Shown piece after piece: positions 8,906-17,913 of a DNA stretch of 64,000 bases. How positions within the stretch are numbered: position 1 is the first letter of the stretch; every line of letters starts with the position of its first letter. The DNA is from a virus, in IMG/VR virus record IMGVR_UViG_3300027804_000052, positions 1-64,000 of that record; one strand, 5' to 3'. The translations under genes were made by a program, and so were the position numbers. Under the pieces are notes generated by a model. That model was given only the letters and a program-made list of their open reading frames with translations. It was not told the origin of the DNA and searched no databases.

Positions 8906-10558
8906 ATGGCAGCAATAGAAAGAATTGGCGCAACACCAAATTATTATGATACTTCTCAAAGACAAAGAATAGGTAATGACTCTGTTTATGGCCCAGGGTC
9001 AGATGGCACTGTAACAATAAGCGGTACAATCACCTTAACTAGAGACATGTATTATAATAACTTGACCATTCCTTTAGGAAATGTTCTTTTAACTAACGGT
9101 TTTAGAGTTTTTGTTAAGAATACTTTAACATTAAATGGAGTAATTGGAATTGGTTCTGTTTCTGGTAATTCAAACGGCAGTTCTAATGGTACGATTGGGG
9201 AATCAGCAAGCGTAATTTCTAATGGAACAGTTTCTGGTCAGTCAACATCTACATCTATAACATATAGAGCTGGCGGAACAGGGGGCGGTTCTACAGCTGG
9301 CTCAAGTACTTCAATACCTACAAATATTTTATATGCGTTAGATATCGCAACAGGAGGTCTAGTAATAGATTCTACTGGAACAGTACAAAAAATAGCAGGT
9401 GGAGTAGCGGGAACTACAGGTAGTACAGGTACTACAACTCCAGCTTATACTAATAATGATTCTTGGCCTGGAAAAGCTGGTGAATCAGGAAGTGCTGGAG
9501 GCGCAGGAAGTTCTCCAACGCACGCTAACGCAGCATATCCACAGGCTGGTGGTAGAGGTCAAACTGGTAACCCAGCCTCTCCAGGAACTGCTACGGGAGC
9601 TAATCCTGGCACTGGTGGCACTGGTGGAGCTGGTGGAGCTGGCGGTGGAGTTGTCGTTATAGCTGCAAAAGTAATTGCTGGCACTGGCACTGTAATGAGC
9701 TTAGGTAGGAGTGGATCCTCTGGATCCGCAGGGTCAACAGGAACTGGTGGAACTCAAGGTTCTAACGGCAATGCTGGTTCCGCTGGAGTGCAAGAAACTC
9801 ATAATAACCCAGCATCCCATCATCACCATTCTAATCCAGCAACTCACCATGGAACTTATCATACACACTATCCATTTCATACTGTCTGGAATGCTAACTA
9901 CGGAGGCCTTCATCATGGTGCTGTTTCGCCACAAGTGCATCTTTTTCATAGAGCTTCAAGAATTCATGGCCACATAGTAGAAGGCAGTGGACATACTGGC
10001 TTTCCCCACCACTCCTTTGGTTATCATAATCCACATCACGATGGTCCTCATGGACATGTCGCTCATGGAAGTCATGATCATTACACTTATATACATCATT
10101 ATCCAGTAGCCGGACATGCTGGACCACATCACTATCATCACCACCATGGTAATCATGATGGCAGCTATCATTATGCAAATCTAACTGGAGGAAATGGTCC
10201 ACATGGTGCTGTTTCACTTCATAACGAAAACCATTCAGCTCCAGCACACTCCCATAGACCAGCAGCTCACCACAATAATCCAGATACCGCAACACACCAT
10301 AATAATCCAGCTACGGTATATCCAGGAGGAACAGCTGGTGCCGGCGGAGTAAATAACGGAACCAATACTGGAGCTGGAGCCCCAGCTGTAACAGGAGGGT
10401 CTGGTAAAAGAGGTGGTACTGGTGGAGGTGGAGGTATTATATTGATAACAGACACTACACCATCAGGAATTTCATACGATGTGAGAAAAGGCTTAACCGA
10501 AGATTCAGATAACTATTCTGGATCTAATGGATACACTTATGTTATACTTAACGCATAA
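8906..10558 (+). CDS. Gly-rich adhesin-like protein with a large His-rich insert
   Basis: 550 aa; paralogue of the 8196 gene; about 47 His in about 175 aa (9800-10316). Confidence 0.65.
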   Translation: MAAIERIGATPNYYDTSQRQRIGNDSVYGPGSDGTVTISGTITLTRDMYYNNLTIPLGNVLLTNGFRVFVKNTLTLNGVIGIGSVSGNSNGSSNGTIGESASVISNGTVSGQSTSTSITYRAGGTGGGSTAGSSTSIPTNILYALDIATGGLVIDSTGTVQKIAGGVAGTTGSTGTTTPAYTNNDSWPGKAGESGSAGGAGSSPTHANAAYPQAGGRGQTGNPASPGTATGANPGTGGTGGAGGAGGGVVVIAAKVIAGTGTVMSLGRSGSSGSAGSTGTGGTQGSNGNAGSAGVQETHNNPASHHHHSNPATHHGTYHTHYPFHTVWNANYGGLHHGAVSPQVHLFHRASRIHGHIVEGSGHTGFPHHSFGYHNPHHDGPHGHVAHGSHDHYTYIHHYPVAGHAGPHHYHHHHGNHDGSYHYANLTGGNGPHGAVSLHNENHSAPAHSHRPAAHHNNPDTATHHNNPATVYPGGTAGAGGVNNGTNTGAGAPAVTGGSGKRGGTGGGGGIILITDTTPSGISYDVRKGLTEDSDNYSGSNGYTYVILNA

Positions 10559-10571
10559 ATAGGAGATTATA

Positions 10572-10811
10572 ATGGAATTTACAAGCATTACAAAAGAACA
10601 AAAAATAGCAAAAATGAATGACACCAAAGTAAGAATGGAAATGGAACTTTATGATAGAGTCCTAGAAGTAGGCCTCGATCCAGATAGTTTTGTTTTAGAA
10701 ACATGCGAACTTCCAGATGATGTTGCACTATCTTTTCCTTGGAAGAGAATTATGGAAATTAGAGATGGTATGGCGCTTATCAAGACAAAGTTAGAGCAAC
10801 TTCAGTCATAA
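10572..10811 (+). CDS. hypothetical protein
   Basis: 79 aa; AGGAG RBS. Confidence 0.6.
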   Translation: MEFTSITKEQKIAKMNDTKVRMEMELYDRVLEVGLDPDSFVLETCELPDDVALSFPWKRIMEIRDGMALIKTKLEQLQS

Positions 10812-11234
10812 ATGTCAAGAGTTCTGTATGTTCCGAATGAGTCTTTTATGACTCAAGATATATTGGATGAAGCAAGTAAATCAGCCATCCAAATCCAAAT
10901 AGGTGACTCCATGCATACAGAGAATCTTGCTTTTGATAGAAATAAGATAAATATAGTTAACATTGAAAAACAAGATAATTTTAATTATATAAAAAAAATA
11001 ATAAAAAATTTTAATCAAAATATATCTTATAAAAGTGGAAAATATAATTTTAATAAAACTATTAAATGTAAAATATATAAAGATAATTACCTTAATTATA
11101 TTAATCCAAAAATATGTGAAAAAAATTTTGTATCATTTATATTTAAATGTGAAGAAGTAGGGAATTATCAATTTAATATTGAGTTTGAAGATTCAGTATT
11201 ATTAAATGGAGATTTTGAAGTTTATGAATTGTAA
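10812..11234 (+). CDS. hypothetical protein (very AT-rich)
   Basis: 140 aa; abuts both neighbours. Confidence 0.5.
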   Translation: MSRVLYVPNESFMTQDILDEASKSAIQIQIGDSMHTENLAFDRNKINIVNIEKQDNFNYIKKIIKNFNQNISYKSGKYNFNKTIKCKIYKDNYLNYINPKICEKNFVSFIFKCEEVGNYQFNIEFEDSVLLNGDFEVYEL

Positions 11235-11796
11235 TGAACCAATTATTGGCGTTCACGTATATGACGATGTTTTTGATGCAACTAACTTTATTGCACAACT
11301 AGAAGAAGACTGCAAAGACGAATGGGGACCATTATCTTGGCATGAGTCAAGAGTTGGCGAAGGTTTTTATAGTGAATACAGATCATCTAGAGAATGTAGT
11401 CTCATTGAAATAATGAAACCTTATCCAAGAATTAAAATTAGTGAATACTTTTACGACGATCTTTATGACAAAATATATCCGTGTCTTCAAAATTATATAA
11501 TGTCATATTCACTGCCAAGAATAGCTCATGAGCCTTTTGTTGTTCTTAAATATATGAATGGTGGAAATTATAGAACTCACTCTGATTTTGGTCCAGATAA
11601 TGGCAGAATGTTTAGCATGGTAGCATTTCTGGATAATACAAGTACAGGTGGCAGTCTAGAGTTCCCTTACTTTGATCTTCAGGTTGAAGCAAAACCAAAA
11701 AGAGTTGTGGTTTTTCCAGCTAATTTTCCATATTCACATATAGCTCATTCAGTTGATGATGGCGTTAAATATTCTTTGGTATCTTGGTTTAAATAA
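11224..11796 (+). CDS. 2OG-Fe(II) oxygenase (prolyl-4-hydroxylase-like)
   Basis: YRTHSD (HxD), MFSMVAFLD...GGSLEFP, FPANFPYSH, GVKYSLVSW. Start chosen at ATG 11224. Confidence 0.85.
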   Translation: MNCNEPIIGVHVYDDVFDATNFIAQLEEDCKDEWGPLSWHESRVGEGFYSEYRSSRECSLIEIMKPYPRIKISEYFYDDLYDKIYPCLQNYIMSYSLPRIAHEPFVVLKYMNGGNYRTHSDFGPDNGRMFSMVAFLDNTSTGGSLEFPYFDLQVEAKPKRVVVFPANFPYSHIAHSVDDGVKYSLVSWFK

Positions 11797-11806
11797 GGAG
11801 GGAATC

Positions 11807-11992
11807 ATGGAACCAGAAAATTTAGAATTAAATATAGACGAAGATAGTGAGATAGCTCAGCCACTGTATCTTCTTTCTTGGGCTAAAAAAACAGTTGATA
11901 ACAATACAACGCAAGGACTTTTTGCTGGATGTAGAGCATTTGATCAACTTGGACTATGGATAAATCCTGCTATAATAGAAGAAGAAGAATAG
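11807..11992 (+). CDS. small acidic hypothetical protein
   Basis: AAGGAGG RBS before ATG 11807. Confidence 0.55.
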   Translation: MEPENLELNIDEDSEIAQPLYLLSWAKKTVDNNTTQGLFAGCRAFDQLGLWINPAIIEEEE

Positions 11993-12008
11993 TTAAAAGG
12001 AAAAAAAG

Positions 12009-12239
12009 ATGTTAGCCTATAATAAACAAAAGCACTTAGATCATTTAAAGGAAAGAATATCTTTAATGTCTATTTCTGCTGGATTAGATTATGATTATAT
12101 AGATATTAATAACTACAAAGAAATAAGAGATAACCTTAATTTAATGTTGGTACCACCAGAGTTGTTTAGAAAAAAAGTTGAGTTAAGAGCAATTATGTAT
12201 AGTTACTTTTTAGCAAATGGAGAAGTTAACAATGGCTGA
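12009..12239 (+). CDS. hypothetical protein
   Basis: 76 aa; AAGGA RBS. Confidence 0.5.
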   Translation: MLAYNKQKHLDHLKERISLMSISAGLDYDYIDINNYKEIRDNLNLMLVPPELFRKKVELRAIMYSYFLANGEVNNG

Positions 12240-12963
12240 CAATACTAGTACAAATGAAGCAACATCATTAGTCGCAACAAGAATAGGTTTAGAAGTTAGT
12301 AAATGGACTGGACTTTGTGACTCTAGTGATCCATTGTTTAAGTCCGATCAAGATTTATTAAACTTTTGTGCATCAGCATATTCAGAATGGCAAAGTTTAA
12401 ATTATAGTGATAGAATTCTTCAAGGTGGAGATGAGTTTTATTCAACCGCATTAATGGGTACTGAAGGTGGAGAAGCATTTCTTCCAGTAATAAAATTAGG
12501 TTTATTAATAAATCAATTATTTTTCCGTTTAGTAAAACCACAAAACAGTTTAGTAGTTCATGGTCCTGGAATTATAGCTCAAGCCAGTTTATTCTCAGAG
12601 AATGTGTATGTTCCGCACAATATCCATGTTTACTTGGCTGAAAAATATTTAGACACATCTGAACTTAATAATGTTAATATGATTGACTATTCTGATATTT
12701 ACAATAAAACCAATAACTATGACTTTGTATGCATAATTATGGGGGCAGCTTCAGATAGAGAAATGTTAGAAGCTATAATGGATAGTATTAATCCTGGTGG
12801 AATTCTAGTTTTATCTGGATCTTCTAATGGTGGAGAGCTCTATATGAATTTAGAACAATCATACGCTTACCAAATTCATCAAGAGATAATAAATAGAGGA
12901 GATTTTAGTTTGTATAATATACCAAACTTCATGGCGCAAACAATTTGTATAAAGAATGGTTAA
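12232..12963 (+). CDS. class I SAM-methyltransferase-like protein (degenerate)
   Basis: YDFVCII...LEAIMDSINPGGILVL resembles the methyltransferase YD..../L.PGG.L pattern; motif I is weak. Confidence 0.4.
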   Translation: MADNTSTNEATSLVATRIGLEVSKWTGLCDSSDPLFKSDQDLLNFCASAYSEWQSLNYSDRILQGGDEFYSTALMGTEGGEAFLPVIKLGLLINQLFFRLVKPQNSLVVHGPGIIAQASLFSENVYVPHNIHVYLAEKYLDTSELNNVNMIDYSDIYNKTNNYDFVCIIMGAASDREMLEAIMDSINPGGILVLSGSSNGGELYMNLEQSYAYQIHQEIINRGDFSLYNIPNFMAQTICIKNG

Positions 12964-12971
12964 CTATACTT

Positions 12972-14453
12972 ATGAATAAAAAAATATCTATAGGAATTAT
13001 TGGTTCCGGCACAGCGGGCCTATTGTCCGCCATTATGTTTAGAAGCGCATTTCCTCATTCTGAGATTACAATAATTTCATCATCTAACATAGGAATAATT
13101 GGTGTTGGAGAAGGTTCTACAGAACACTGGAAAGAGTTTATGAAACTATGTGACATACCTCTTTTTGATATGTTGTCTAAAACCGCTGCAACACATAAAT
13201 ATGGTATTAGATTTGAAAACTGGTCAAAAAAATTTCCAGACTATTTTCATTCGGTTTCAGGAGACGAAACACTCTATGCCTACGGTTTATATCCAACCTA
13301 TTCAGGTTTTATAGAACAAGAAAAAGCACTAACATCACAAACAGCTTCAGTAGGTTTAGTTCAAGATAAATTAAGAAGACAATCAACACACGATGCAGTT
13401 AATCAATTCCATTTTGATACATTTAAATTAAACAGATATTTTTCTGAACTATGCTTCAATAGATCAATTAGAATGATTGATGGAGAAGTAGAAGACGTAA
13501 ATATAGAGTCTGAATTTGGGACTATAGAATCAGTTACTCTAAAAGACGGTACTAATTTTACCGCTGATTTTTGGGTGGATGCTACTGGATTCAAAAAATC
13601 CATTATTAGTAAGGTTTCAGATCCAGAATGGAATTCTTTTTCTGAATACTTATGCGTAGACTCTGCAATAGCATTTCCATCAGAAGCAGATAAAAGTGGT
13701 AAAATAAAACCATATACAAGAGCAAGAGCTATGTCTTCTGGTTGGATTTGGGAAATTCCAACTCAAGAAAGAAGAGGAAATGGTTATGTTTTTAGTTCTA
13801 AGTTTCTTACTCTAGAAGAAGCAATTGCAGAAGCATCTGAAGCAGTTGGTTTTGATGTAAAGCCAGCAAAAGTTTTTAATTTTGATCCTGGACATTTAAA
13901 AAAACCATGGGTTAAAAATTGTGCAGCAGTTGGACTATCTGCTTCTTTTATTGAGCCATTAGAAGCTACCTCTATTGGAAGTACGATACAGCAAATTAAA
14001 TTGTTAATTCCATCTGTTGCAAACTATAAAAAAACAAATCAATACATGCAAGAGTTTTACAATAAACAATTTACTCTAATGATGGATAACATTTTGAGCA
14101 TGATAAGACTGCATTATATGACTGATAGAGATGATACTCCATTTTGGAAATACGCAGCTTCAAGACCAGTCAATAAGACTTTGCAGGAATATTTGAATCT
14201 TTGGTCAGAAAGAACGCCGTCTAGATATGATATACCATCTAATAATGGAGAAATGTTTTTATCTGCTCATATGATACATGTTGCCCAGGGTCAGAACCTT
14301 TTAAACGCTAAAGATGCAGGTTTATTTATAGACAATATGTGCCTCAGAGATCAGGTTAAAAATGATATGTCAGAAAAACGATTAAGTAGAAGTAATCACG
14401 AATTAGTAGATCACAAAGAAGCATTGATGGAATTATATGAAATTTGGGAATAG
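12972..14453 (+). CDS. flavin-dependent tryptophan halogenase family protein
   Basis: IIGSGTAG, IGVGEGST, ATHKYGIRFENW (catalytic-type Lys), GWIWEIP (WxWxIP), FIEPLEATSI. Confidence 0.9.
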   Translation: MNKKISIGIIGSGTAGLLSAIMFRSAFPHSEITIISSSNIGIIGVGEGSTEHWKEFMKLCDIPLFDMLSKTAATHKYGIRFENWSKKFPDYFHSVSGDETLYAYGLYPTYSGFIEQEKALTSQTASVGLVQDKLRRQSTHDAVNQFHFDTFKLNRYFSELCFNRSIRMIDGEVEDVNIESEFGTIESVTLKDGTNFTADFWVDATGFKKSIISKVSDPEWNSFSEYLCVDSAIAFPSEADKSGKIKPYTRARAMSSGWIWEIPTQERRGNGYVFSSKFLTLEEAIAEASEAVGFDVKPAKVFNFDPGHLKKPWVKNCAAVGLSASFIEPLEATSIGSTIQQIKLLIPSVANYKKTNQYMQEFYNKQFTLMMDNILSMIRLHYMTDRDDTPFWKYAASRPVNKTLQEYLNLWSERTPSRYDIPSNNGEMFLSAHMIHVAQGQNLLNAKDAGLFIDNMCLRDQVKNDMSEKRLSRSNHELVDHKEALMELYEIWE

Positions 14454-15243
14454 TAAAAATTATAAAGATCTAAAAGTAAAACCAGGAGAGATACTATTTA
14501 TACCTTCTGACAATAGACACCTAGAGATGCCCCCAACGGTTAACACATCTTCCAATCCACCTGGTTGGTTTAGAAAGACTGGAAAATTTCCAGGATCAAT
14601 AAGAAGATGTGCTGGAACAATAGATTATTTAGCAGCTGGAGTTAGTCTCTTTTCTTGGTCTAATTTTAAGTTTAAGAATAAAGGCTCAGGCTCTATATGG
14701 GAAGTCGCTACAGATCAGTTAGATATACCTGGTAATTACCCAATAACTGTTCAATCTTTTGATTTTGCTCAAACCGGAAAATGTCCGATGTCTGAAATAA
14801 GAGATCAAGAGGTTCAAGAAGGGTGTTATCCAAAATTGGTAAATCCATGGAGAGTTAAGACAGCTCCAGGTTGGTCAACTCTTATCATTCCAAATTTATT
14901 TGAACCAAATAAAAACTGGACAGTAGTGCCAGCAATAGTCCATACTGACTTTTATCATACATTAAATGTTGTTTTGAATATTCATTCTAATGAAGATTTT
15001 AATATACGTTATGGCGATCCATTAGTTCAACTAATACCATTTAAAAGAGATTCTGATTTTAATAAAATTTTATTTGAAGACGAAAATATGTTTAAATATG
15101 TATCTGCTAGAGGTTTTGGTTCAGGAAGTTTAATCCCAACTCCTGGAGAAAGTACAGCAAGACCTTATAGAATAGAAAAAATTAAAGTAGATAAAGAGAT
15201 TGAAGAAGAGAAGTCAAAAAGAAGATGGAAAAAAAACAAATAG
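14437..15243 (+). CDS. hypothetical protein of the phage oxygenase-island type
   Basis: 268 aa; IRRCAG..DY, KLVNPWRVKTAPGWS, IVHTD, GDPLVQLIPFKR. Confidence 0.6.
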   Translation: MKFGNSKNYKDLKVKPGEILFIPSDNRHLEMPPTVNTSSNPPGWFRKTGKFPGSIRRCAGTIDYLAAGVSLFSWSNFKFKNKGSGSIWEVATDQLDIPGNYPITVQSFDFAQTGKCPMSEIRDQEVQEGCYPKLVNPWRVKTAPGWSTLIIPNLFEPNKNWTVVPAIVHTDFYHTLNVVLNIHSNEDFNIRYGDPLVQLIPFKRDSDFNKILFEDENMFKYVSARGFGSGSLIPTPGESTARPYRIEKIKVDKEIEEEKSKRRWKKNK

Positions 15244-15938
15244 TATTTCCACTAGGTTTACACAATGCAATTGCATACAAAGATGGTGTTCTTTCTGATT
15301 TTTTATGTGATTCAATTATTGATTTTATGGAGAAGGAAGATAACAAAAACCTTCTTAGGGTAGGAATGACAGCTTCAGGCGTAGAATCTGATCATAAAGT
15401 ATGTACAGATGGAACTATAAGTGCATTTCATCCCGCTGTATTAGAACATCAAGCTCCAACTTTAGAAATATTGTCTTCTCAAATATTCTCATCTTTTTCT
15501 CCTTTGGTAGAAGAATATTGCAATAACTACGAACATATGCAATTTTGGACAACTAGATTGGATACAGGTTATCAGTATCAGCATTATATTAAGAATCAGG
15601 GTTTATATAAAGTTCATGTGGACGGGAGTTCATTTGATAAACCTGGTTATTCTGAAAGAGTATTAGCAATAATTATGTATTTAAATACCGTAGAAGAAGG
15701 TGGCGGAACAGAGTTCCCATTACATGATTTGACTATAGGTGCAGTAAAAGGTAGAGTTGCAATATTTCCAACAAATTTTAATTATCCACATTCTGGACTT
15801 AAACCAATTTCTAATGATAAATTTATAATTAGTAGTTTCATGTTTAGTCCTTTGACAAAAGAACATTTTGATAGATCTTCATATTATTGGAATGAAGTCT
15901 TGCAAAGAAACGCTGAAGCAGAAGGTATAAATGTTTAA
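15225..15938 (+). CDS. 2OG-Fe(II) oxygenase
   Basis: YKVHVD (HxD), RVLAIIMYLNTVEEGGGTEFP, FPTNFNYPHSG, KFIISS. Confidence 0.85.
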   Translation: MEKKQIVFPLGLHNAIAYKDGVLSDFLCDSIIDFMEKEDNKNLLRVGMTASGVESDHKVCTDGTISAFHPAVLEHQAPTLEILSSQIFSSFSPLVEEYCNNYEHMQFWTTRLDTGYQYQHYIKNQGLYKVHVDGSSFDKPGYSERVLAIIMYLNTVEEGGGTEFPLHDLTIGAVKGRVAIFPTNFNYPHSGLKPISNDKFIISSFMFSPLTKEHFDRSSYYWNEVLQRNAEAEGINV

Positions 15939-16236
15939 AAATATAAAAATATTCTTTAAAAAAATACAAAATGCAATAAAAACAATGTCCTCTAAAAATT
16001 ATTGGACAAAAGCTAATATTGTTGAGGCGTGGGGGTTTGGCGCCAAGATAGCCATTATCTTTCCTGGTCTTCTTTTTGGCTACCAGTGGTGGTGGATTTA
16101 TATATTTGCATTAATTTCTAGCATAGCGTTGATTTGGTCATCTACAGTAAAGACTCTTCCAACAATTATTTTATTTAACGTATTGTGGGTAATTTTAGCA
16201 AGTCTTTCAATTATAAAGCATTTTTGGCAATTTTAA
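15931..16236 (+). CDS. small membrane protein
   Basis: About three hydrophobic segments. Confidence 0.55.
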   Translation: MFKNIKIFFKKIQNAIKTMSSKNYWTKANIVEAWGFGAKIAIIFPGLLFGYQWWWIYIFALISSIALIWSSTVKTLPTIILFNVLWVILASLSIIKHFWQF

Positions 16237-16240
16237 ATAC

Positions 16241-16248
16241 TACTATAT
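16241..16248 (+). promoter_or_regulatory. putative late promoter element TACTATAT
   Basis: In the gap before AGGAGG and ATG 16265. Confidence 0.45.
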
Positions 16249-16264
16249 AAGTAGGAGGCAGCCG

Positions 16265-16630
16265 ATGCTATATAATGATAATTTTAGCTATAGTCAAAGT
16301 GGTGTAAGTTACCAGGGTACTCTATATCTCAATGTAGATAGCGTAGCTACTCCACTGATACTGCCGAATATTTCAATATATTATGCACAAGATCTTGACT
16401 ACAGCAATGTTTCTACTATTGGACTTGTAACCATTGAATCTGCGTCCAGTGGCATAGTTACAATGCAAACAACGCAGAGTCAAGCTCAAATACTGGCAGA
16501 AGTCAGTACTATATACATATTGTCGACCTCAGAGAGTTCTACGCAAGTAAACTCTCTTGTCGGACAGTCTACTGTTGAGGTTTTTGTAACTAATAATACA
16601 CAATCCGCAGAATCAATTATTACTTATTAA
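16265..16630 (+). CDS. hypothetical virion protein
   Basis: 121 aa, S/T-rich; strong RBS. Confidence 0.55.
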   Translation: MLYNDNFSYSQSGVSYQGTLYLNVDSVATPLILPNISIYYAQDLDYSNVSTIGLVTIESASSGIVTMQTTQSQAQILAEVSTIYILSTSESSTQVNSLVGQSTVEVFVTNNTQSAESIITY

Positions 16631-16643
16631 ATTTGGAGATAAG

Positions 16644-17543
16644 ATGTCAAGTTCCGTGCTTGTTAACGATACCGTAAGAATTAAAGTTAAATTTGTTGAC
16701 ATTAATCCTTCTACTGGGGAACAAGTAGAAGTTTCTCCGGTCTCTGTATCAGTTCTTATAGAAGATGCAGCAGAAGAAGAGATAATTAATACCGCAGCAA
16801 CTTCTTTGAGTTCTTCTGAATATTATTATGATTTTACTCCATCTGAGCCTGGTCAATTTACTGTTACTTTTACTGGAGTTTTGGCAGATACGACTCAAAT
16901 TGTAGTTAAACAGAATTTATATGTTGGAGATACTGATTCTGATTATAGACCATCTGTAACTCTTAAATCAGATGAAACAATAATCTTTGCTCCAGATGTA
17001 GATCCTCTTTATGTAGACCCAGAAGAGCTTCTGTCTTTCTTTCCAGATGCATCACTTCTTGAAATAGGAGAATTGATTCACCATTACTCTCTTGAGATGA
17101 AAGAAATTTTTAATCTTCAAGATACAGAAACGGGATCTGGGATTAGCTTTACTGCAGCTGAATACATAAAAGCTTCAGCATGTTGCGAGTTAAGTAGAAC
17201 CTATGGTTTTGGCGGAGATGATGAACTTTCTTTAAAGTTAGCCGACCTTTCTATAACGAATAGATCTAATCCAAGAAATTCAATCAATAGAGGCAATGCA
17301 ACGACTTGGTGTCAAATAGCAGCAGCTTTAAGAAAAGAGCTAATGGCATCTAGAGTCGGAATGAGAGCCGTTATTCCAAAAGGTTTGCCTAATAAAAAGA
17401 TTCACTCAACATACAAGACACTTGATCCCGATACTGGCAAGCTAGTGTACTTGTCGGACAAAGAGCTTTATGGCCCTGGTAGAACAACTCCTACGGATCC
17501 GGACGACCCAATGCCAGATAGAAAATTTAAGAAGTATGATTGA
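16644..17543 (+). CDS. head-tail adaptor-like protein with N-terminal Ig-like domain
   Basis: Synteny before neck and sheath genes; beta-rich N-half and helical C-half. Confidence 0.5.
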   Translation: MSSSVLVNDTVRIKVKFVDINPSTGEQVEVSPVSVSVLIEDAAEEEIINTAATSLSSSEYYYDFTPSEPGQFTVTFTGVLADTTQIVVKQNLYVGDTDSDYRPSVTLKSDETIIFAPDVDPLYVDPEELLSFFPDASLLEIGELIHHYSLEMKEIFNLQDTETGSGISFTAAEYIKASACCELSRTYGFGGDDELSLKLADLSITNRSNPRNSINRGNATTWCQIAAALRKELMASRVGMRAVIPKGLPNKKIHSTYKTLDPDTGKLVYLSDKELYGPGRTTPTDPDDPMPDRKFKKYD

Positions 17544-17913
17544 TCCAAAAAAAGCTTTTAGAAAAATATTAAGAGAATATGGTCACGATATTCTTCTGCA
17601 AAGAAGAGTGTCTGATGATTTTTTGTACTCAGTTAACTTTGAAAGAATAACAACAAGACATTTCTTTCCCTCCTCTGAAGTTTTAGCTCAAGCTCAAAAA
17701 GAAGATAACGAAGGAATAAATACAACTGTCGATCTTATTTTTTACTTTGAGTCAGAAGTAAATCCAAAACAAGGAGATAGAATATACGAAGAATCTCCAG
17801 CAAATGTCAATGACCCAAATATTTACTTAATAGATTTTGCCGCTCCAGCAAGAGGTAGAATGGGAAAAATAGTATACTGGATAGTTGGAGCAACCAGAGA
17901 AAGGCCTAGCTGA
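17536..17913 (+). CDS. head closure/neck protein
   Basis: ILREYGHDILLQR...FYFESEVNPKQGDRIYE...RGRMGKIVYW; start overlaps the previous stop. Confidence 0.55.
   Translation: MIDPKKAFRKILREYGHDILLQRRVSDDFLYSVNFERITTRHFFPSSEVLAQAQKEDNEGINTTVDLIFYFESEVNPKQGDRIYEESPANVNDPNIYLIDFAAPARGRMGKIVYWIVGATRERPS

Noticed and set aside
15931-16236. Holin
   Set aside because: Hydrophobic, but no adjacent endolysin or specific motif supports the call.
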